Positions 29,076 through 38,200 of a DNA stretch of 64,000 nt are shown here, one piece after another. The notes below the pieces were generated by a model, which had not been told where the DNA came from, made no database searches, and saw nothing but the letters and a program-made list of their open reading frames with translations. The position numbers were made by a program, and so were the translations under genes. Numbering within the stretch: position 1 is the stretch's first letter; each line of letters opens with the position of its first letter. The DNA is taken from contig CACZXL010000002.1 of the NCBI GenBank assembly GCA_902785135.1, positions 10,710-74,709 of the forward strand, read 5' to 3'. The stretch is from an uncultured Erysipelotrichaceae bacterium (GTDB lineage Bacteria; Bacillota_I; Bacilli_A; RF39; UBA660).

Positions 29076-31019
29076 TTATTCTATACTAATTAAATTTGAA
29101 TAGTAAGCTTTATTTTGAACATCTCTTATTACGAATACACAATAGTAATCATCACTCTTTTCAAGTGAAGTAACTTCAAAGTGATAATTATGTCCTGTGA
29201 CTTCCCACATATATATAACTCCTGTTCTTCCCCAATCTGTTGTATAATTTCCATTTTCATCTAATATTTTATATCTAAAATTAGAGAAATCTATAGACGA
29301 ATAATCTTTTAAATCAACAAGAGTTCCTGATGCTTTAGCTAAATTATCTTTTTCATTACTAACTAAATATACTTCATCAACATGAACTTTATTTTTCTTA
29401 TCCACTTTTAAATGAACATTTGCATTTTCAACTATAGGAAAACCATCTTTATTTTTTCTGTTTAATAATACTGGTACTGTGTACTCTTTATACTTTTTAC
29501 TATTAGATTCTACTTGATAAACAGTAAATAAAGAACTAGAATGATCTTCATCATCTACTACTTTAATTATATTATTAGTAATATTAGTTGTAACATATCC
29601 ATCTTTATCTAATGTTGCATCTCTACCAGCATATAGTGGCATGAATTGACCGTCTTCTTCTTTTCTAAAAATAATATAAGATGCTTTTGAAAAATTCTTT
29701 ACTTGATCATCTGTTAGTTTTAATTTAAATTCAGTTCCTTTTTTAGATACTTCACTATTAGATAAATCAAAAGAAAAGTTATAACTTGTAGTTGTTTGAC
29801 CATTATAGAAATCTGTAATAAATTTCTTATAGTTATTACTAACATTTATTCTATTATATAAACTTAAATGTATTTTTTTAACTGATTCATTTCCTGAAAA
29901 AGGAAAATAAATTGATAAACCATTTGAATGGTAATTTGTTGACCAGTTATATAAAATAACATTTTTCTTCAAATAGTTTTCTATATTTAATGCTTCAGTT
30001 TTATTATAATTCTTCATTTTATCTATTAATTCATATAGATCTACAGTATCATAATCAGATACATTTGATGATGTTTCACCATATTGATGCATATTACTTC
30101 TAATTCTAGAAATATCGTTATAGTTAGTTCTAACATCTATCTTAGAAAAGAAATTATCTAACATAGTTATTAACTCTGGCACTTTACTTAAATCAATAAT
30201 TGAATAAGTAGAATCAACGCTACCATATAAATCTATTTCTTTTACCTGTTTTTGATAAGCAGATATAAATGTTTTACCGAACTCTTTTCCATCGTATCTA
30301 GGTTTTACATCATTAAGGAAGTTTAATACTCCATGACCTGTTTTACCAATAGTTACTTCTTCTGATGCAATCATGTAATCAGCATATGGATATACTGTTC
30401 CTGCAACCTCTATAGTAGCATTTAAACAAGTTCTAAAGACAATAGCCTCTAACTTATTCTTTTCATTAAAAGGACTTCTTTTAAACGCAGAAGATATCTC
30501 ACTTAAATCTAGATAATCATTAGTATTTTCATCTGAGATACTACCTATTGCACCTAATCCATGATTCCAAAATATTAAGTCATACTTATCTGTTTTAGAA
30601 TACTTATAACTATAATTTAGAAAATTAGATAAAGCATTATCTATACCCAAATTACTTTTATTATATACTTTTACTTTTTTAAAACCATCTTTAGTCAATT
30701 CATATATTGCATCTTCTTCTGAATTAACAAAGTTATGCCATCTTTTAGTACCTCCTGTATATAATAATACCTTTGTATCATCAAAATTAATTGATGATGG
30801 CACAATACTATTTAAATCAGATGATGCGATCATATTATTTGACTCTAAATTAGTACCAGCCATAAAAATCATTACTGTTCTACTATTTGCCTTTCTTGAA
30901 CCATTATAAGGCAATAGAACAGCGGCCACAATTAGTAATAACGCAACAACTGAAAGCATTGATATTATTACTGCTTTTTGACCATTAGATAGACCTTTTC
31001 TATCTTTCAAATTAACCAC
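29076..31019 (-). CDS. membrane-anchored clostripain-family (C11) cysteine peptidase-like protein
   Basis: N-terminal TM. LIFWNHGLG (His motif) and AIVFRTCLNAT (Cys motif) sit at the spacing expected for C11. Confidence 0.5.
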   Translation of the reverse strand: MVNLKDRKGLSNGQKAVIISMLSVVALLLIVAAVLLPYNGSRKANSRTVMIFMAGTNLESNNMIASSDLNSIVPSSINFDDTKVLLYTGGTKRWHNFVNSEEDAIYELTKDGFKKVKVYNKSNLGIDNALSNFLNYSYKYSKTDKYDLIFWNHGLGAIGSISDENTNDYLDLSEISSAFKRSPFNEKNKLEAIVFRTCLNATIEVAGTVYPYADYMIASEEVTIGKTGHGVLNFLNDVKPRYDGKEFGKTFISAYQKQVKEIDLYGSVDSTYSIIDLSKVPELITMLDNFFSKIDVRTNYNDISRIRSNMHQYGETSSNVSDYDTVDLYELIDKMKNYNKTEALNIENYLKKNVILYNWSTNYHSNGLSIYFPFSGNESVKKIHLSLYNRINVSNNYKKFITDFYNGQTTTSYNFSFDLSNSEVSKKGTEFKLKLTDDQVKNFSKASYIIFRKEEDGQFMPLYAGRDATLDKDGYVTTNITNNIIKVVDDEDHSSSLFTVYQVESNSKKYKEYTVPVLLNRKNKDGFPIVENANVHLKVDKKNKVHVDEVYLVSNEKDNLAKASGTLVDLKDYSSIDFSNFRYKILDENGNYTTDWGRTGVIYMWEVTGHNYHFEVTSLEKSDDYYCVFVIRDVQNKAYYSNLISIE

Positions 31020-31103
31020 CTACCTTACTAATAAAATTCTAACATATTATAAAAAAAATTGCTACAACATCTTTTTTATGATAAAATATTTATGGTGAAG
31101 TAA

Positions 31104-31328
31104 ATGTCAAGAGTAATGATATTTTTTATAAAAATATATCAAAGTTTACCACTAAATAGTCATAAAAATTGTAAATATATACCTACTTGTTCTAATTATT
31201 CAAAAGAGGCATATGAAAGATATGGATTTTTTTATGGAACATATCTTACAGTAAAAAGATTATTTAGATGTACACCTTGGAATCATAGTGATATATATGA
31301 TCCAGTACCTATTAGGAGGAAAAAATGA
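31104..31328 (+). CDS. yidD: membrane protein insertion efficiency factor YidD
   Basis: IKIYQSLPLNSHKNCKYIPTCSNYSKEAYERYGFFYGTYLTVKRLFRCTPWNHSDIYDPVP fits the YidD signature. Confidence 0.8.
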   Translation: MSRVMIFFIKIYQSLPLNSHKNCKYIPTCSNYSKEAYERYGFFYGTYLTVKRLFRCTPWNHSDIYDPVPIRRKK

Positions 31329-32185
31329 AAAGATTAATAATGATTATGGGTTTGGTTTTAGTAATTATGTTATTCAGTGGTTGTTCTAACGATTCAATGG
31401 ATAATATAACTATTTATACTAGTGTATATCCAATAGAATATGTAACAAAAGAACTATATGGAAGTCACGCTAAAATATATAATATGTATCCTCAAGGAAT
31501 AGATCCATTTGAATATAAATTAACATCAAAACAAATAAATGATTATGGAACAAGTGATTTAGTTATTTATAATGGATTAAGTAATGAAAAAGACTATATT
31601 GTTAAAATGATTAATAATAATAAAAATTTAAAAATAATAGATGCGACTAATAATATAGAAATAACAAATAGTCAAAATGATATTTGGATTAACCCATCTA
31701 ATGTATTAATGATTGCGCAAAATGTTAGAAATGGATTAAAAGAATATGTTAATAGTACTCTTTTATCTGATGAAATAGATAAGAATTATGAAGAATTAAA
31801 AATTAGTATTTCAAGTATTGATGCAGAACTAAAAGAAATGGCTGAAAATGCATCAGATAAAAATATAGTAGTACAAGATAATGAATTAACTTTCCTATCT
31901 AAATATGGATTAAATATAGTTTCTCTAGATCAAGATACAATTACAGATAAGATATACTCAGATACAGTTAAACTTATCAATAATGGAAGTATTAAATATA
32001 TCTATATATTAAAAGATGAAAAAGAAAATGAAAGTGTTAAAAGAATTATGAAAGAATGTCCTGATGTTAAGATTAATTATATAAATCCAATTAATAATAT
32101 TAGTTCTAATGATAAAAAAGAAGGAATTAATTATATAAGCTTAATGAATGATAATATAGATAAATTAAAACAAGAACTTTATTAG
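31325..32185 (+). CDS. lipoprotein with a TroA/ZnuA-like (cluster-9 SBP) fold that appears to lack the metal-ligand histidines
   Basis: Lipobox LFSGCS. IYTSVYPIEYVTKELYGSHAKIYNMYPQGIDPFEY...SDLVIYNGLSNE follows the ZnuA/TroA pattern, but the usual DPH is replaced by DPF. Its start overlaps the yidD stop (ATGA). Confidence 0.45.
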   Translation: MKRLIMIMGLVLVIMLFSGCSNDSMDNITIYTSVYPIEYVTKELYGSHAKIYNMYPQGIDPFEYKLTSKQINDYGTSDLVIYNGLSNEKDYIVKMINNNKNLKIIDATNNIEITNSQNDIWINPSNVLMIAQNVRNGLKEYVNSTLLSDEIDKNYEELKISISSIDAELKEMAENASDKNIVVQDNELTFLSKYGLNIVSLDQDTITDKIYSDTVKLINNGSIKYIYILKDEKENESVKRIMKECPDVKINYINPINNISSNDKKEGINYISLMNDNIDKLKQELY

Positions 32186-32194
32186 TTCTTGTTT

Positions 32195-33187
32195 TTATAT
32201 TATATTTGGTAAAAAAGATATTAATAATAACGCTATAGTAGATATTGTATTTTGTATAAAATGAAAATATATATTTGTAAATAAATTATTAGTCTTATAA
32301 TATATACCTGCTAAGAAGCAACCTAAACTACTATATACTAATATATATAATAATTCTTGCATACTTTGAAAATCATCTAATACATGTGCTGCACCAAATA
32401 AGACACCACTTAATATTATAAATAAATACTTATTTTTAAAGAGTTTTCTAAATACACCTCTAAATAATAATTCCTCTGTTATAGGAGCATAAATTATTGT
32501 TAAAAATGATGTTATAACAGGCATAACTTTTATTAAATCATTTAAATCTTTTTGATTAGTAGCGGTATCTATTCTTGTAAATAATCTAATAGAAATAGAT
32601 AATATTAATAAAACTACTAAAGATATACCATACATCTTAAATACATATGAGTTATACTCTCTAAAATACTCTTTAAAGTATTTAAAATCTCTCTTTAAAT
32701 CTTTTCTAAATATAAATATCATCATAGCCATAATAAATATGTATGATACTATTTGTTCTATCTTATTAGTAAAATAATTAGATAAACCAAATATTATTCC
32801 AATAGATATTAAAAATGCAATTATATATACATACCATTTATAATTATGTTCTATCTCTAATTTTGGTAATTCTCTCTTCTTCTTTTTATTTAGATAAGCA
32901 GACACTACAAAACCTAGAATACCTGATATAACATTATATATTAGAAATAATATTGAAAAGAATATAATTATACCTCTTTTATTATCTATATTATTCTTTG
33001 TTAATGAATATTTAAAAAATAATATTATACCTATTATAGATGAAGATATAATAAATATATTAATTATATTTGATACTAAATCTTTTGTAATTAGACTATT
33101 TGTTACTAATAAACTTACTATATTAAATAGTGTATAACATATCATAAAAATCGCTGATAATAGCAATAATTTTTTATTCTTATCCAT
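32195..33187 (-). CDS. CPBP-family (CAAX) intramembrane metalloprotease
   Basis: Polytopic, with EELLFRG and FGAAH motifs. I place the start at MDKNKK (GGAGGT RBS). Confidence 0.7.
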   Translation of the reverse strand: MDKNKKLLLLSAIFMICYTLFNIVSLLVTNSLITKDLVSNIINIFIISSSIIGIILFFKYSLTKNNIDNKRGIIIFFSILFLIYNVISGILGFVVSAYLNKKKKRELPKLEIEHNYKWYVYIIAFLISIGIIFGLSNYFTNKIEQIVSYIFIMAMMIFIFRKDLKRDFKYFKEYFREYNSYVFKMYGISLVVLLILSISIRLFTRIDTATNQKDLNDLIKVMPVITSFLTIIYAPITEELLFRGVFRKLFKNKYLFIILSGVLFGAAHVLDDFQSMQELLYILVYSSLGCFLAGIYYKTNNLFTNIYFHFIQNTISTIALLLISFLPNII

Positions 33188-33248
33188 AAGTACCTCCAAT
33201 ATAATTATATATAAAAAAGAAAAAGAAATCATTCTTTTTTTGATTATT

Positions 33249-33473
33249 TTACAATTCTTTAATTAGTATTACATCCTCTCCTATTTTAGTAATTTTATTA
33301 AAAGGAATATCAACTTCATCATTAGACATAAATAATTTACTAAACCTTTTTCTTTCTAAAATAAGAGATGTGACTGTACCATTCATATCTATTTTAATAT
33401 CTATTATATTTCCTACTTTAATTCCACTTTTTAAATCTACTACATCTTTATCCTGTAAATCAGATAATCTCAC
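33249..33473 (-). CDS. ylmC: YlmC/YmxH-family PRC-barrel protein
   Basis: MRLSDLQDKDVVDLKSG.KVGNIIDI..D...G.V.SLIL pattern; it lies downstream of sigG as in Bacillus. Confidence 0.7.
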   Translation of the reverse strand: MRLSDLQDKDVVDLKSGIKVGNIIDIKIDMNGTVTSLILERKRFSKLFMSNDEVDIPFNKITKIGEDVILIKEL

Positions 33474-33496
33474 AAACTCACCTCTAATAAAATATA

Positions 33497-34276
33497 TTAT
33501 TTTATTAATTTTTTTATGTTATTTAAAGCATTCTTTTCTATTCTAGATACTTGTGCTTGACTTATATTTAATTCGTCACTAAGTTCTATTTGAGTTTTAC
33601 CTGTTATATATCTATCAATAAGAACTTTCTTTTCTTTTTCTTTTAGTTTTTTAATAGAATCTCTTAGAACCATTTCATCTACAATATTATTATCACTTTC
33701 TCCATTAGATAACTGATCAAATAAAAATATAGTTTCTCCACCATCATCATATATTGGTTCAAAATAACTAATTATATTTTTAGTAGCGTCTAATGAAAAT
33801 AAGATATCTTCTTTTTTTATTTCTAATTCTTTACTAATAATATCAATGCTAGGTTCTTTTCCATGTTCAATTAAATAATCATTTTTAAATTTTAGTACTT
33901 TATATGCGATATCTTTTAAACTTCTAGAAACTCTGATAGTAGTATTATCTCTTAAATACTTTCTTATTTCTCCTTCTATCATAAGAACTGAATATGTAGA
34001 AAATTTAACACCAAAAGATAAATCAAAATTATCAATTGCTTTTAATAATCCAACACAACCAATTTGAAATAGATCATCCATATTTTCATTTCTATTACTA
34101 TATTTTTTTAATATACTTAATACTAATTTTAGATTACCTAAAACAAGTTTATCTCTAATTATCTTATTACCTTTATCTTTACTTAATTCTTCAAATAAAG
34201 ATACCATTTCTTTATTAGTTATTGTCTTTAACATAGATGTATTTATACCGCTTATTTCAACTTTATTTTTAGCCAA
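33497..34276 (-). CDS. sigG: sporulation sigma factor SigG
   Basis: NKVEISGINTS...KLVLGNLKLVLSILKKY...DDLFQIGCVGLLKAIDNFDLSFGVKFSTYSVLMIEGEIRKYLRDNTTIRVSRSLKDIAYK aligns almost residue for residue with B. subtilis SigG. The probable start is TTG at 34276, after an AAGGAGA RBS; the ORF track starts at 34294. Confidence 0.85.
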   Translation of the reverse strand: MAKNKVEISGINTSMLKTITNKEMVSLFEELSKDKGNKIIRDKLVLGNLKLVLSILKKYSNRNENMDDLFQIGCVGLLKAIDNFDLSFGVKFSTYSVLMIEGEIRKYLRDNTTIRVSRSLKDIAYKVLKFKNDYLIEHGKEPSIDIISKELEIKKEDILFSLDATKNIISYFEPIYDDGGETIFLFDQLSNGESDNNIVDEMVLRDSIKKLKEKEKKVLIDRYITGKTQIELSDELNISQAQVSRIEKNALNNIKKLIK

Positions 34277-34333
34277 ATAAAAATCTCCTTTCAAACCTAT
34301 AATGGTTTAAAAAGAGATATTTATTCAATTAAA

Positions 34334-34426
34334 TGGCGGAGCAGGAGGGATTTGAACCCTCGCGCCAGGTTACCCCAGCCTACATCCTTAGCAGGGACGC
34401 CTCTTCAGCCTCTTGAGTACTACTCC
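34334..34426 (-). tRNA. tRNA-Ser (anticodon GCU), 93 nt with a long variable arm and an encoded CCA
   Basis: Manual fold: acceptor stem GGAGTAG/CTGCTCC with one G-U pair, anticodon stem CGTCC/GGATG, loop CTGCTAA giving anticodon GCT, a long variable arm, T-loop GGTTCAAATCC, discriminator G plus CCA. Confidence 0.8.
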
Positions 34427-34482
34427 AAGCCGCAATTTAATTTTATCATTTATTGAGTTTAAGGTCAATATAAAACAAAAAA

Positions 34483-34506
34483 ATAAAGTCTATTTCTAGA
34501 CTTTAT
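34483..34506 (-). terminator. rho-independent terminator enclosing the stop codon of the 219-aa gene
   Basis: ATAAAGTCTA tttc TAGACTTTAT. Confidence 0.45.
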
Positions 34507-35162
34507 TGTATATCATAAGACCAAACTATTTTAGTTACCCTTCCATGTTTATAATTAATAATTAATTTTGCAATATTATTTGGAGTATCAATGTTAGTTA
34601 ATATTTTATCTCTATTAACATATTCTACTGTTGTTTTAGTTCTTTTACCATAATATATATTATCAGTTATTGTTTCATCTTCTAAAGCACTAGATGCATA
34701 ATTATTATAAATGTATCTATTCTTTTTATTAGATACTCTAAATTTATTCATAACTTTAATAATTCTTGTTCCAACTTTAATATTACCAGAAACAGATACT
34801 TTATTAGAAGTAACTTCTACCTTTGATATTTTATAAGTTTCATAGAATTCTTTTAAAGTTATTTTAAATCCATCATAATTATATACTTGATATTTTAAAC
34901 CATTAATATTTTTCTTATCAATACTCTTTGGTTTACCAAATTCTTTTTTAACATCTTTTTCAGTACTCATATAAGTTAAATCATTAATAGATAAGTCTGA
35001 AACATTAAATATTTCTTTCTTATTCTTAAATAAACTTATTCTAGAATAATCACTGAAAAAGCTTGATAAAAATATTGCCATCATTACTATAAATATAATA
35101 AATATAAATAGTAATAATACTTTCTTATTTGACATGAATGATAATTTTCTTTCTTTATTCAT
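34503..35162 (-). CDS. membrane-anchored extracytoplasmic partner protein (paralog of 6334..6987)
   Basis: N-terminal TM; shares the motifs listed for 6334..6987 and ends KIVWSYDIQ. Confidence 0.6.
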   Translation of the reverse strand: MNKERKLSFMSNKKVLLLFIFIIFIVMMAIFLSSFFSDYSRISLFKNKKEIFNVSDLSINDLTYMSTEKDVKKEFGKPKSIDKKNINGLKYQVYNYDGFKITLKEFYETYKISKVEVTSNKVSVSGNIKVGTRIIKVMNKFRVSNKKNRYIYNNYASSALEDETITDNIYYGKRTKTTVEYVNRDKILTNIDTPNNIAKLIINYKHGRVTKIVWSYDIQ

Positions 35163-35210
35163 AATAATACCCTTTCTCTTCTTATATAGTAAGTAAGGAG
35201 TAATAAAATA

Positions 35211-38200
35211 TTACTCCAATACTATATTATGTGTTGAAACTGTTATAACTGGTCTTACTTCTTTACCTGTATTAGCAGTAGCTGTTTTATTAATTTTATT
35301 TGTTCTATCTATATACATAGCTTTATTATGTACTGAATTTTGTTGAATACCATAATCAACTGGATTATATACAGCAGAACCATCTTTTTTAGCTATACTA
35401 TCACCATAAGCATTTATATATGGTTGTAAGTATTCTGGTGATATATAATCAGAATTTTGTAACCAGAAATCTCTACTTCCATTTAACCAAGATACATCAC
35501 TTAATCCTGCTCCTCCAGCAGCTTGTGATTTAGTTAAATATGAGTATTCAGCTAATGTTAATAATCTAACTTTAGATGTTGTATACATTCCTGAAATACA
35601 TGTTCCTTCACTTGCCATTGTTCCACCATATGATGCAGTTTGTAATCCTGAAGCATCATCACAAATTACTTGATCATATAATGTTGGTAAGTTTAATGTA
35701 TTAGTATTTTGCCATAAATTATTTAAGTATCCATTAATTTGTGAACTACTCCATCTATATGTTTCATCACTAGTTAATGTATGACCTTTATTTTCTGATA
35801 TAGTTCCAGAATCTGCCATTAATGTTAATATTTGGTTTCTATTTAAGTAAGAAGTAACGTCTCTTTCTTGTTCTTCTGTTAACTCACCATCAACATATCC
35901 TAAATCTACAATTGCTTGTTCTCTAGAAATATTATTAACAACATTAATAACATGCCAGTTAACTCCTGCATAAGTTAATGAATCACCTATTTTATAATCA
36001 TCATGACTAGATTCAGTCTTGTCATCTACTAAAACTTCAGGATCATACATTGTACTTTGAAGTACACTTGCAGTATTTAAGAATACTCCAGCTTCTTCTT
36101 GATTAGGCATATATAAAACTATTTGAAGATATTTTGTTTCTCCTGGTTTAATAACAGTATCTTCTAATGCTCTAGATTGTATTACACCATTTACTTCAAA
36201 CCAATCTTGGTTAGCTGGATCAGAACTATCAAACATCATTCCAGTTGGAATACTTTCTTCAATTAGATTAATATATCCTGACTTATATGAAGTATTTGTT
36301 ATAGATATACCATAATATACTTTAGCAGTAGCATTTAAACTATTTCTAACAGTTATAGTAACACTTGATTGATTATCATAATTAGTAGTATTAATTGAAC
36401 CATTATATGCTAAATCAACTCTTGTTATATATTTTTTCATATCAAAGCCTAAGCCACGTTTTGGAATAAATCCAATATCCATATCTTCAGCTGTTGTTAT
36501 TTCTTTAGTAAGTCTAATACCATTTGGATCATCAGGTATCTTCTTATTAGATATTTCTGCATTTCCGTTATCATCAACTTTATATGCATCTGAATCTTTA
36601 GAAGTATCTTCAGTAGCATATCTTAAAGTTAAATCATATTTATCTACTTCAAATGAGAATCCAATTTTATATCTACCTTTATCTAAATTCTTAAACTCAT
36701 AATAACCATTTTTATCTGTTGTAGCTTCAGCTACTGAAGATACATTATTGTTATTATCTATACTAAATAATGTAACTGAAATTCCAGATAAATATTTTTC
36801 ATTTCCATCTTTAACACCATTTCCAGTAACATCTATAAATGCTCTACCAGAAATCTTTCTTGTAACAACTTTAACTTTTATAACATTTGAATGATTCTTA
36901 GAATGAGTACTAGTTTCACCCATAAAGCTGTTATTATATGTATCACCATAATTATTATTCTTAGTTTTTAATGATAATTTAATATCTCCCATGTATTGTC
37001 CATGTGGAATATTAATATTTGATACTTTAATTGCTGTAACATTATCAACGTATTCTTCTGTAATATCACAATCATTCCATACATTTTGAGTATTATTAAC
37101 TTCTTTTTTAATATTTGCTGGAGTTTGTGATGAACACTTAATAGTTACTCCTGATAATGAATCTGGTAATTCAACTTTCGCACTATATGAACCAGATACA
37201 ATTGAATTATTTTCATCTTTAGAATATGGGAATACATCAATTATTGCATAATCATCAACATCAGTTCCTGTATTGTTATATGCTTTTAAAGTATAATTAA
37301 TTTCGCCATTTTTCTCAATTACAGTTCCACTATTACCTACTTCTTGTTGAACTATAATACTATTAAATCCTGTAGCATAAATTGTATATTTTGAAGATAA
37401 TGCTCCAACTATACTATTATCAGTTTCTCCATTAATATTTTGTGCATAAACTGAACTTTCCACAGTGATTGGTATTGGTGAATCATCTTCATTAGCATGT
37501 AATGTTGGTTTAATTCTAGTTCTGAATTCTATTTCAGGTATTTTCATATTAGGTTTAGTATAAGGTAATCTATAGAATAAATATGTACCATCTGCTCTAG
37601 ATTCAACACTTTCTGGTTGCATTAAATCATTATCTTTCATATATTCCATTTCATTTGGAATTTTAACTGAAACAATTAATGAATTAATATACCAAGAATC
37701 ATCTGCTCCTACAGTTTCATTATTATCTTCTATTATTGTCTTAACATTATAAGTAATAGTTTCATTATCTTTAATATCATAATTAGTTTTAGTAGATCCA
37801 TCTGAATTCTTATTCTTAACAGTTAATTCTTCTCTTGAAGTGAAACTAACTATTCTTAAAGAATCACCGAATGTACTATCATCTCCAGCAATTATTTCTC
37901 TACCTCTATATTGAGTCTTTTTATAGTTGTTTGGATTACATAAACTATCTTCTTCAAGTGATATGATTGGTGAATAGTAAATTAATTCTGAATCATAATC
38001 AGATGATGAAGTAACAACTGTTGCTTGATATGTTTGAGTTATATCTGATACATTTCTAACTCTAATATTAAATTCAACAGTTACAGAAATATTATCAGGA
38101 ACTTTAACTCCCTCTTTTGTTTGTATAATTGCTTTTGTTATATGTATTTCTTTATCTCCATCTTTAGCAGCTGTAATTCTATCAAATGTTTCTTCAACAC

